Source: Candidatus Tayloriibacteriota bacterium
GTDB taxonomy: Bacteria > Patescibacteriota > Minisyncoccia > Phycocordibacterales > PALSA-1337
Direction: 5' to 3'
Length of the DNA stretch: 64,000 nt
Assembly: GCA_037130865.1 (NCBI GenBank)
Contig: JBAXSG010000002.1
Location: 8,066-72,065, forward strand
Part shown: piece by piece, positions 20,166 to 28,270 of the stretch
How positions within the stretch are numbered: position 1 is the first letter of the stretch
How the letters are laid out: every line of letters begins with the position of its first letter
Program-made: the position numbers and the translations under genes
Notes under the pieces: generated by a model
What the model was told of the DNA's origin: nothing
Seen by the model: the letters and a program-made list of their open reading frames with translations, nothing else
Database searches by the model: none

Positions 20166-20885
20166 TTATTTAACATATTCAGCATTTATAGACATGCGAT
20201 TCTTCACCAACTGATCACTTTCTATAATACCGTCCATGAGTCGTATTATACGCTCAGCATGTTCGGCGGTGGATGTCTCGTGAGTTATGAGCACAATGGT
20301 TCTACCTTCTTCTTCATTTAGTTTTTGGAGGATAGACATGACATTTTTACCAGACTTAGAATCAAGGTTTCCTGTCGGCTCATCTGCAAATATAATGTCT
20401 GGGTTATTTATAAGTGACCGCGCTATGGCTAGACGCTGTTTTTCTCCACCAGAAAGCTCTGAGGGTTGATGATTCATACGGTGTCCAAGACCGACTGCTT
20501 CCACTACTTTCTTGGCTCGTTCATCCCATTCATTTTCTGGAACATCTGAATATACGAGTGGAAGTTTAGCGTTCTCCAGAACAGATGTGCGAGGCAAGAG
20601 ATTGAAAGCTTGAAATACGAAGCCAACTTTCCTGTTGCGTAGAGCAGCAAGTTCGTCACGAGAATAAGAACCAATATCTTTTCCGTCGAAAATAAATTTT
20701 CCACTGGTTGGATCATCGAGCATACCCAATACATGTAGAAGTGTAGATTTTCCAGATCCGGAAGGACCCATTATTGCCAAGAACTCGCCACGACGCACAG
20801 AAAAACTCACCCCATCCAAGGCTTTTGTATCAGTCTCACCATCATGATAAGACTTCTTCAGATTTTTTACTTCTATAATGTTCAT
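20166..20885 (-). CDS. ABC transporter ATP-binding protein (second MacB-type ATPase)
   Basis: [40 protein letters not shown]. Confidence 0.9.
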   Translation of the reverse strand: MNIIEVKNLKKSYHDGETDTKALDGVSFSVRRGEFLAIMGPSGSGKSTLLHVLGMLDDPTSGKFIFDGKDIGSYSRDELAALRNRKVGFVFQAFNLLPRTSVLENAKLPLVYSDVPENEWDERAKKVVEAVGLGHRMNHQPSELSGGEKQRLAIARSLINNPDIIFADEPTGNLDSKSGKNVMSILQKLNEEEGRTIVLITHETSTAEHAERIIRLMDGIIESDQLVKNRMSINAEYVK

Positions 20886-20909
20886 AATAAACCAGTAAAT
20901 TGTCTCGAC

Positions 20910-22424
20910 CTACTTTATGTAAGTCACAACCTTATCACCGGCTACAATACCAGATACGATTTCTGTTGTTCCATTTGAACCCTTCAAGCCCAAGACGACA
21001 TTTACTGCCTTATAGGTTTTTCCATCTTTGTTCATGACGCGTACAGACCTAGTTCCATCGCTATTTATGATAATAGCTCTGGTCGGAACATACAGAACGC
21101 CGTTATGTCTATGAGTCAATATATCAGTATTGGCCGTCATGCCAGAACGAATACGGTCATCTGCTTTAGTAAATTGCAAAGTTACTTTGTAGGTTGGCAC
21201 ACCTTCAAGCATGGTTTCAGCTGGATCTATAAATGTAACCTTAGCGCCAAATATTGTATCTGAACCATAAGCATCCAATGTCACCTCGGCAGTATCACCG
21301 ACTGTGGTCTTAGCTATATCTGCTTCTGGAACATATGCTTCTATCTTATATAAACCTTCACTCTGAACTGCAAAGCCAGCCATTCCAGGAGTAGTATATT
21401 CACCTTCATGAGGATCTGCGCGAGTGACAATACCGTCTATAGGAGAATAAATACGGCCTTTTGAAACAACTGCACTCAAAGAATCAACTGTCGCTTGTTG
21501 TGCGCGGATAGATTCAGAAGACACGCCAGAATTCTTCAGGACGAAACTGTTGTAAACCTCATCATAGCCAGTCTGTGCTTGGTCCAATCCTGCCTTGGCA
21601 GTAGAAACAGATGAGACTGCTTGATTCAATGTACTAAGACCAGTATTCATAATAGCTATATAAGAATCGATGGTCGTCTGAGATAGACTGGAATTGCCTG
21701 GATTCAGATCATTTACAATAACAGACAAATTATCCATAAATATTTTAATACTAGACATAGACTTATCAGCATCACTTAATGCCGATAATGCACTACCTGT
21801 GCTCGAAGAAATCTCTAGACCCGTCTTCCATGTCCTGAAATAATCACTAACCAAAAGACGATTGGAATCTATAGCTTGTTTGTCTGTATCGGATTGTGTA
21901 CGAATGTTTATTGTTGGGTTGGCTGATTGAGGATTCTTAAAAAAATTATCAGCGTAATTTACAACCGCACTTTGTGCTAAGACATAACCACTACTTACAG
22001 CATTTACGGCATTTACTTTTGCATTATTGAGAGCTGCACTGGCGGAATCAACTCTAGCTTTTTCCAACTGGAGTTCTTCTGGGCGTAGAGAACGAGTAAT
22101 ATCGTCCAGTTTCGCTTGAGCAGATGCCAAAGAAGCAACCGCATCGGCATTATCCAAAGAAGCTAGCAGATCCCCCTTTTTTACTTTGTCTCCGACTTTT
22201 ACAAAAATGTGTGCTATGGAACCACTGGAACCAAAAGATAGGTCGGCCTTGTCAACTGGAGATATTTTTCCGGTCACACCAACTTTCTCTATCACATCAC
22301 CAATAGTAGCGACTGAAGATTCAATAGTCGTGGCCGAACCACCTCGTAATAACAAGTAAGCTATAAAAATAACCAAAACAGAAGTCACAGCTATCACATA
22401 TTTATTTTTGAAAAAGTGTTTCAT
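20910..22424 (-). CDS. efflux periplasmic adaptor (HlyD-like, second copy)
   Basis: N-terminal TM plus lipoyl-like hairpin (KVGDKVKKGDLLASLD). It sits upstream of the ATPase and permease in the same orientation. Confidence 0.8.
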   Translation of the reverse strand: MKHFFKNKYVIAVTSVLVIFIAYLLLRGGSATTIESSVATIGDVIEKVGVTGKISPVDKADLSFGSSGSIAHIFVKVGDKVKKGDLLASLDNADAVASLASAQAKLDDITRSLRPEELQLEKARVDSASAALNNAKVNAVNAVSSGYVLAQSAVVNYADNFFKNPQSANPTINIRTQSDTDKQAIDSNRLLVSDYFRTWKTGLEISSSTGSALSALSDADKSMSSIKIFMDNLSVIVNDLNPGNSSLSQTTIDSYIAIMNTGLSTLNQAVSSVSTAKAGLDQAQTGYDEVYNSFVLKNSGVSSESIRAQQATVDSLSAVVSKGRIYSPIDGIVTRADPHEGEYTTPGMAGFAVQSEGLYKIEAYVPEADIAKTTVGDTAEVTLDAYGSDTIFGAKVTFIDPAETMLEGVPTYKVTLQFTKADDRIRSGMTANTDILTHRHNGVLYVPTRAIIINSDGTRSVRVMNKDGKTYKAVNVVLGLKGSNGTTEIVSGIVAGDKVVTYIK

Positions 22425-22436
22425 ATTTTATAAAAA

Positions 22437-23090
22437 TTATTTAGATTCCGTCGCGATGATAGAATCTTTTGCCATATCCGTCGCGTTCTTAGCACCACCC
22501 TCTACCACTTGAACACCTATTCGTTTTTGCAACATGACCCTGACCTCTTCAGCCAAATCTGTATCTATAGGATCAAATATTGTATCTGTGCCATCTTTAC
22601 TACTACTGTTGCTATGACCAGCAGTTGCAAGTACTAGACGGCTCACACCGAAAAACTGATATATGAGTGGCTTGGTAATATCGACATTTTGAATCTGACG
22701 ATAAGGTATAGACACTTCTTTTATATCGAATATTCCTCGTCTTAATTTAAGGTCGAATTCTTCCATAGTAAATGTATAGTTGCGGTGCTCTATGCGAGCG
22801 ATTATATAGCCAATGATGAACCAAAGAACACCTATCGCCAAAGTGATAACTGCCAGAAGAGAAACAACGGATGAGACAATATGATCCGAAGATATATTGC
22901 CATTAGAAAGAAATGTAAAATATCCTGACAGACCTTGACCTATAAAATCTTTCGCCGAGCCTAAGATAACAGCAAGGAGCATCAGAACTGCGGCTGTCGT
23001 CGTCTTCTTGGACAAAAGCAGTAACCAGGTCCTACGGCCTAGATTTTGCTCTACATTTGGAATAATCATGCAAACATTATAACACTTCAA
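22437..23090 (-). CDS. membrane protein with bacterial PH (bPH_2/YdbS-like) domain
   Basis: Two TM helices followed by an RRGIFDIKEVSIPYRQIQNVDI segment typical of the membrane-flanked bPH_2 domain. Confidence 0.55.
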   Translation of the reverse strand: MKCYNVCMIIPNVEQNLGRRTWLLLLSKKTTTAAVLMLLAVILGSAKDFIGQGLSGYFTFLSNGNISSDHIVSSVVSLLAVITLAIGVLWFIIGYIIARIEHRNYTFTMEEFDLKLRRGIFDIKEVSIPYRQIQNVDITKPLIYQFFGVSRLVLATAGHSNSSSKDGTDTIFDPIDTDLAEEVRVMLQKRIGVQVVEGGAKNATDMAKDSIIATESK

Positions 23091-23956
23091 GATACAAAAA
23101 TCTCATCAGAAAAATACTCCGATTTCTCAAGCGACATATCATCACGGATAATCATATATTCAAATTCATAAACACCCTTAAATAGATCTGCTGGCACAAA
23201 AAACAAACAAGTGGCAAGTGCGTCAGCCAAAAGTGCTGTCTTGGCTGAAACCCAAACCGCTTTGATGTCTTTCGGTGAAGTCAGTGTCTTCGGGTTTATG
23301 ATATGTGTAAAGTCTCCCCATTTACGACGATTCCCAGCTGAACCACAAATAGCACCATTGCCAAGTAAATAGACCCCAACTACCTGATCTTTGTTGTCTG
23401 GATGTTCAAGACCTATGCGGATAGAATCGCTACCCCTACGAAGAATATCTCCGCCAGCATCTATGCAGTAGCCAAAGATGTCATTATCTTGCAGGACATG
23501 GCCAATCAAATCGATGATATATCCCTTCCCTGCCGCTCCGAAATCCAACATGACCGGCTCCTTCACTAAAAGTTTAGGATGTTTATAATCAAGCACATCA
23601 TCCCATGCTGGTGGTGCTTTCAGTTCTCCGGTCTGTTGCAAAGAATATTTCGCATCATAACCAGCATCCGATAGAAGTCGTCCTGCGAGTGGTGTAAAAA
23701 ATCCACCAGTTCGGATATATAAATCATGGTACAAAGAAAGCATAGTCTCCGCATCTCGAGGCAATAAGAAAGTTCCAGCTTCTTTTGAAATCTTGGTGAC
23801 CAGAGAATCATCACGAAAACGCGAATATACTTTTTCGAAATCCTCTATGCGTAGTTTTATCTTCGACAAGAGATCTGCTTCTTCGGCTTTATCTAGGTCT
23901 CTATATATATCTATATGCCATGTCGTACCTACTGCTTTGAAGTCAAATTGCACCAT
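23087..23956 (-). CDS. apbE: FAD:protein FMN transferase (ApbE family)
   Basis: ApbE-like length and motifs (FDFKAVGTTWHI..., DFGAAGKGY, AGGD). No obvious signal peptide or lipobox. Confidence 0.7.
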   Translation of the reverse strand: MVQFDFKAVGTTWHIDIYRDLDKAEEADLLSKIKLRIEDFEKVYSRFRDDSLVTKISKEAGTFLLPRDAETMLSLYHDLYIRTGGFFTPLAGRLLSDAGYDAKYSLQQTGELKAPPAWDDVLDYKHPKLLVKEPVMLDFGAAGKGYIIDLIGHVLQDNDIFGYCIDAGGDILRRGSDSIRIGLEHPDNKDQVVGVYLLGNGAICGSAGNRRKWGDFTHIINPKTLTSPKDIKAVWVSAKTALLADALATCLFFVPADLFKGVYEFEYMIIRDDMSLEKSEYFSDEIFVS

Positions 23957-23977
23957 ATAAAATAATGCTTGTGCGTA

Positions 23978-24541
23978 TTAAGCTTTTGCTTGTGCTTTTA
24001 TTTGAGAGAGGGCGTTATTGAAACCAATCGGAGTCAATGAGGAACCAGAAATTCTTGTCAGGTTTAAAGTCGAGATGTCTTGACCGACAACATATGACTG
24101 ATAACCAGAGAGGAATCTGCTTATGTATTTCTGTGAAGTACGATCTGCTGATTGTACAGTAACAGATGCAGAAGTGACGATATCGTTAGCAATAGTCAAT
24201 GTAACCAATAATTGGTCCTGTCCACCTGGAGACATGTATGATCCATTGGCAGAATAGGTGCCGTTTTTATAAGCATAAACAGATTTCTTCGTAATAGCAG
24301 GTGGTGGTGTCGTAGAGACGACTGGTTTATTGACAACTGCAGGTGTGTTCACTACCCCTCCATCCTCATCACTCTCTTCAGAATCTCCATAAGAAACCTG
24401 TAAAGGGGTTGTTGGTGCTGAGACTGGTGGTGTAACAGATTTTGAATGATTTCCAAATAATATCGTCGACCCTATCACTCCTACAATGACTACAACGCTA
24501 ATAGCTATACCTATATTTTTTTGAGAAATTCCTTGTTCCAT
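23978..24541 (-). CDS. FMN-binding domain protein with N-terminal membrane anchor and Pro/Thr-rich stalk (predicted flavinylation substrate)
   Basis: FMN_bind-like C-terminal domain (YKNGTYSANGSY...LTRISGSSLTPIGFNNALSQ) with an [ST]G[AS][ST] flavinylation-type motif. Signal-anchor TM then a PTTP/TTPPP linker. Confidence 0.7.
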   Translation of the reverse strand: MEQGISQKNIGIAISVVVIVGVIGSTILFGNHSKSVTPPVSAPTTPLQVSYGDSEESDEDGGVVNTPAVVNKPVVSTTPPPAITKKSVYAYKNGTYSANGSYMSPGGQDQLLVTLTIANDIVTSASVTVQSADRTSQKYISRFLSGYQSYVVGQDISTLNLTRISGSSLTPIGFNNALSQIKAQAKA

Positions 24542-24951
24542 TATCTTAAATAATTAATCTGATTCTGTTTTCTTTGTATGCAAAGCAGATCAGGTCCATT
24601 CATAAATACCACAAAAGTTGCTACTGCCAAGCCGAGATCACGAACGCCAATCTCTCCATATCCAACGACCCACATGATATCAAAGAGATGTAGGGATAAC
24701 AAAAGAGCTGCTAGTCTTGTCTGCCAACCAAAGAGAAGCATCAGACCGAAGACTAACTCAAACAATGCATTGAAATAAACCAGGACAGTAGCGTCCATAT
24801 GTGATATAGATACAATCGAATCTGGAACAAATGCTGTCCATGCACTAGCATTTATGAGTTGCTGAAGACTAAACCACAAGATTACAGCTACCATACCGTA
24901 ACGAAGCACACTCGGACTGTATAGTTCAATGAATGAAATGAATTTTTGCAT
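24541..24951 (-). CDS. DoxX-family membrane protein
   Basis: About 135 aa, 4 TM, DoxX-like hydrophobic pattern. First gene of the minus-strand array. Confidence 0.55.
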   Translation of the reverse strand: MQKFISFIELYSPSVLRYGMVAVILWFSLQQLINASAWTAFVPDSIVSISHMDATVLVYFNALFELVFGLMLLFGWQTRLAALLLSLHLFDIMWVVGYGEIGVRDLGLAVATFVVFMNGPDLLCIQRKQNQINYLR

Positions 24952-25063
24952 ATATTTATTGTACCATATATGTACGAGTGTATCGGAAAATTTGGTGCGC
25001 CACTACCTTGTATTGTGGGGTTTTTTGCGATATTCTGCATGATGTTAGTCAGTAGTCTGTAAA

Positions 25064-25183
25064 TTGCGGGATCATGTACGGTTCTCTTAAAATACAACAT
25101 TGCGGGATCATGTACGGTTCTCTTAAAATACAACATTGCGGGATCATGTACGGTTCTCTTAAAATACAACATTGCGGGATCAT
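25064..25183 (+). repeat. perfect tandem direct repeat, 3 x 36 bp plus a 12-bp partial 4th copy that is the 5' end of tRNA-Gln
   Basis: Unit ttgcgggatcatgtacggttctcttaaaatacaaca at 25064, 25100 and 25136. Each unit contains TTGCGG-18 nt-TAAAAT (promoter-like -35/-10) and the first 12 nt of the tRNA. Confidence 0.9.
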
Positions 25184-25243
25184 CTAATGGTAGGATGCGA
25201 CTCTCTGAAAGTCGTCATCTTGGTTCGAATCCAAGTCCCGCAG
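25173..25243 (+). tRNA. tRNA-Gln (anticodon CTG)
   Basis: Manual fold: acceptor tgcggga/tcccgca (U1:A72) with G73 discriminator (bacterial Gln identity), 3-bp D stem, anticodon stem cgact/agtcg, loop ctCTGaa, T arm cttgg-ttcgaat-ccaag. CCA not encoded. Confidence 0.85.
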
Positions 25244-26630
25244 CTATTTCGTTCGGAACAAACTCAAAATTTCCCGACGACAACGTTCGCTCGCCCAGCC
25301 CCGCTTGTGGCGGGGCTGGGCTCGCATTTGCGGCGGCTTCGCCGCCGTTCTGGGGCAAAATGAAGCGGAATTTAATCGTTTCGGGCGAGTAAAAAATGTT
25401 TGAAAGAAATTTTTTAGCAAAAAGATTTCTTTCAATTCCTTTTGTTTTTTTGATTCCGTCAACGAAAAATTTTAGAGTGCGTGTGAGGTTTTCGGCGGAA
25501 AATTTAGAGCATTCGTCTGTTAGTTCGTGTCCTTCTCGGTGTCCAGCATTTGTGTCGTTGTTTAATCGGAAAACAAGATTTTCGATATAGTTTTTATCCA
25601 CCAAAATTCGTTCTAAATTTTCCAAACAAAAATTTTCCAATCGTTCGGCGGACACTTGTTTTACGGGACAAGTTTGCCAATCAAATTTAGTCGTAGAAGT
25701 GCAACGATAATAATAATATCGGCGGTTAAATTTTCCGTTTGTGTGTTTGTTGCTAAAACTCGCGCTCATACTTGAGCCACAACTTTCACATTTTATCAGT
25801 CCGCCGAAAAGAAAATTTTTGTAAACTCTAAAATTTTTCAGTTTTTCCTTATGGATTTTTTGAGCAAGAGCAAAAATTTCTTCTGAAATTATTGGCTCGT
25901 GTATTCCTTGATAAATTTCGCTATTATGTTTAACTTTTCCGATATAAACTGGATTTCGTAAAAGGTAAGCAATAATCGTTTTTGAGAAATTTTTGCCATA
26001 CTTACTTTTTATGCCTTGCTTCTTTAAATTTTTGTAGGTTTCTGCCAACGAGCCAGTTTCAACATAAGTTTCAAAAATTGATTTTATTTCCTTTGCTTCT
26101 TTCGGATTGACGACAATTTTTTTGTTTTCTCGCGAATATCCATAAGGAGTAAAACCGCCATTGCACAAACCTTTTTTAGCTCGCTCTAACATTTTATCTC
26201 TGGTTCTTTCACTTGTCAGCTCTCGCTCAAACTGCGAAAAAGTAAGCATTATATTTCGCAAAAGCCGACCTGCTGGTGTAGAAGTGTCGAATCTTTCCGT
26301 AATGGAAATAAAATCAATTTTTGCTTGCTCAAAAAGTTCAATCAGTTGGTAAAAATCTTTCGGCGAACGAGTGAGCCGATCAATTTTATAAACCAAAACC
26401 ACATCAATTTTTTCTTTTTTCAAATCCGAAAGCAACTCCTGAATTTTAGGTCGTTGCAGGGTTGCCCCTGAAAATCCAGCGTCATTGTAAATTTTGAAAA
26501 CTTGCCAATTATTTTGGCTGGCGATAAACGAGCGAATTTTTTGCTCTTGGGCTTCGCAAGACGAAAATTCTTTTTCCGCTTGCATATCAGTTGAAACACG
26601 AGTATAAACTGCGCAATTTTTTGTTTGCAT
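25215..26630 (-). CDS. large serine recombinase (resolvase/invertase catalytic domain + recombinase domain + zinc ribbon/coiled-coil)
   Basis: N-terminal AVYTRVSTDMQ (catalytic Ser), ...DRLTRS..., recombinase domain, zinc ribbon CESCGS...YYRCTS...C. As encoded, the C-terminal about 58 codons lie in the left inverted repeat and the last 8 in tRNA-Gln, so the true C-terminus is uncertain. Confidence 0.85.
   Translation of the reverse strand: MQTKNCAVYTRVSTDMQAEKEFSSCEAQEQKIRSFIASQNNWQVFKIYNDAGFSGATLQRPKIQELLSDLKKEKIDVVLVYKIDRLTRSPKDFYQLIELFEQAKIDFISITERFDTSTPAGRLLRNIMLTFSQFERELTSERTRDKMLERAKKGLCNGGFTPYGYSRENKKIVVNPKEAKEIKSIFETYVETGSLAETYKNLKKQGIKSKYGKNFSKTIIAYLLRNPVYIGKVKHNSEIYQGIHEPIISEEIFALAQKIHKEKLKNFRVYKNFLFGGLIKCESCGSSMSASFSNKHTNGKFNRRYYYYRCTSTTKFDWQTCPVKQVSAERLENFCLENLERILVDKNYIENLVFRLNNDTNAGHREGHELTDECSKFSAENLTRTLKFFVDGIKKTKGIERNLFAKKFLSNIFYSPETIKFRFILPQNGGEAAANASPAPPQAGLGERTLSSGNFEFVPNEIAAGLGFEPR
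25240..25392. repeat. 153-bp terminal inverted repeat (left copy), GC-rich, overlapping the last 4 nt of tRNA-Gln
   Basis: Perfect reverse-complement match to 26792..26944. It contains an internal palindrome gcccagccccgc-ttgt-ggcggggctgggc. Confidence 0.9.
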
Positions 26631-26791
26631 ATTTTTTTAACCAAAAGGGCAACCCTGTCGCACCAACCGTGAAGCACACGATTGAACAGAAGTTGCCCGT
26701 CTGGTGATACAATTTTATTTATTATATCAAAACGGTGCTTCAATTTGGTTGGTGCAATTTCATTATACCAAAGATTTGAAAAAAGAAAAAA

Positions 26792-26944
26792 TTACTCGCC
26801 CGAAACGATTAAATTCCGCTTCATTTTGCCCCAGAACGGCGGCGAAGCCGCCGCAAATGCGAGCCCAGCCCCGCCACAAGCGGGGCTGGGCGAGCGAACG
26901 TTGTCGTCGGGAAATTTTGAGTTTGTTCCGAACGAAATAGCTGC
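26792..26944. repeat. 153-bp terminal inverted repeat (right copy)
   Basis: Reverse complement of 25240..25392, identical over its full length. The ORF 26682..26951 is its mirror-frame artefact. Confidence 0.9.
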
Positions 26945-26966
26945 CGAATAATTTTGTTATAAACAA

Positions 26967-27476
26967 ATGAAACAAATTGCATTAATTAACAAGGAAAATG
27001 TTTCGCCTGAAGAGGCTGAAAAGTTTTCTGTTAGAGAGGCATCGCGTGCAATAGTTTTTGATGATAACAAGATGGTTGCCTTACTTCATGCTACAAATTA
27101 TGGCTATCATAAGCTGCCGGGTGGAGGTATTGAGAAAGGTGAAGATCCAGAAACTGCCATGAAGCGTGAGTGTGTCGAGGAAATTGGCTGCACAGTTAAG
27201 GTTATAAGTGAATTGGGTAAGATTCTTGAATATAGGAAGAAATATAATTTACGTCAGACATCCTATTGTTACATAGCGGAGGTTGTTGGTAAAAAGGGAG
27301 CACCAAATCTAATGGAAGATGAGATGGAAGAAGGCTTTCAAACTATTTGGATGCCACTCAAAGAAGCATATGAGATGGTTCGTAATAGTGATACTAATGG
27401 AATATATGAGGCTCAATATATGGTTGCAAGGGATACAGCTTTCCTTCAGGCAGCCGTAGACTCAATGCTACTGTGA
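26967..27476 (+). CDS. NUDIX hydrolase
   Basis: Nudix box GGGIEKGEDPETAMKRECVEEIG. Confidence 0.85.
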   Translation: MKQIALINKENVSPEEAEKFSVREASRAIVFDDNKMVALLHATNYGYHKLPGGGIEKGEDPETAMKRECVEEIGCTVKVISELGKILEYRKKYNLRQTSYCYIAEVVGKKGAPNLMEDEMEEGFQTIWMPLKEAYEMVRNSDTNGIYEAQYMVARDTAFLQAAVDSMLL

Positions 27477-27539
27477 CAGATGCTCGTATTCTAAACAGTA
27501 TTTTGCTGACCTAGGTGCGTCAGAAATTGCACAAGGAAA

Positions 27540-27827
27540 ATGATACAATATGCTTACATGGTCTTGCTCTGGATGAATATAAAAATGAAAAATAATAAAA
27601 TCTGGTTTGTTAATAAGACTTATGGATATGGATGGACTCCATCTACCTGGGAAGGATGGCTCGTCTTATTTTTGTGGCTTATTATTTTTATACCATTAAC
27701 CTTGTTTGTAAAATATAATTTGGTCTTGAGTATGATAGGGATATTCTTCATCACTGGCCTTTTGCTATTTATCTGCTATAAGAAAGGCGAAAAGCCTCGT
27801 TGGCAGTGGGGAAAAAGAAAAGAATAA
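27540..27827 (+). CDS. hypothetical small membrane protein
   Basis: Two TM helices and a Trp-rich segment (YGYGWTPSTWEGW). The start may be at an internal Met. Confidence 0.35.
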   Translation: MIQYAYMVLLWMNIKMKNNKIWFVNKTYGYGWTPSTWEGWLVLFLWLIIFIPLTLFVKYNLVLSMIGIFFITGLLLFICYKKGEKPRWQWGKRKE

Positions 27828-27842
27828 GATATAATAATACAT

Positions 27843-28238
27843 ATGAAAGCTTATGACTGGTATAAATCTCTTTTGAAACCGAGCTGGGCGCCACCATCTT
27901 GGCTTTTTGGACCTGTGTGGTCAGTCTTATATATACTCATTGCAGCATCCTATGGATATGTGGTCTATCTGTATTTCACGAAAAAAATTTCATTCATTAT
28001 CTTGTTGCCATTCATTCTGAATATAATCTTCAACCTAATTTTTACCTCAATACAATTCGGCTTAAAAAATAATTTTCTAGCTGGAGTAGACATCCTTTTG
28101 GTACTTGGTACCCTAATCTGGGCACTCATTGCCATCTATCCTTATGCAAAATGGGTTACTTTTATCAATACTCCATACCTACTCTGGGTCTGCTTTGCAA
28201 CTTTTCTCCAACTCACAATCACTTTCCTAAATATGTAA
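27843..28238 (+). CDS. tspO: TspO/MBR family tryptophan-rich sensory protein
   Basis: WYKSLLKPSWAPPSWLFGPVWSVLY signature, 5 TM, about 130 aa. Confidence 0.85.
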   Translation: MKAYDWYKSLLKPSWAPPSWLFGPVWSVLYILIAASYGYVVYLYFTKKISFIILLPFILNIIFNLIFTSIQFGLKNNFLAGVDILLVLGTLIWALIAIYPYAKWVTFINTPYLLWVCFATFLQLTITFLNM

Positions 28239-28270
28239 AAAGGCCGCTATTGGTATATAATATGTAGTAT

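Larger units (their letters stand above)
25240..26944. mobile_element. 1705-bp unit bounded by perfect 153-bp inverted repeats and carrying only a large serine recombinase gene, inserted at the 3' end of tRNA-Gln
   Basis: The inverted repeats were compared directly by reverse complement. The outer end of the left repeat is the tRNA's terminal gcag. The internal gene has markedly lower GC and different codon usage, while the repeats are about 60% GC. Confidence 0.55.

Noticed and set aside
25064-25171. 36-bp perfect direct repeats considered as a CRISPR array
   Set aside because: The repeats are strictly tandem with no intervening spacers and contain the tRNA 5' end. It is a tandem duplication, not a CRISPR array.
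24888-25172. ORF-track protein MLYFKRTVHDPA... (94 aa)
   Set aside because: It is simply the translation of the three tandem 36-bp repeats on the opposite strand (the repeated MLYFKRTVHDPA peptide). It is not a gene.
26682-26951. ORF-track protein ending ...ETIKFRFILPQNGGEAAANASPAPPQAGLGERTLSSGNFEFVPNEIAAE
   Set aside because: It is the mirror image of the recombinase C-terminus because it lies in the right inverted-repeat copy. It lacks recombinase context and a plausible start. The same applies to 26704..26940 and 25244..25462.
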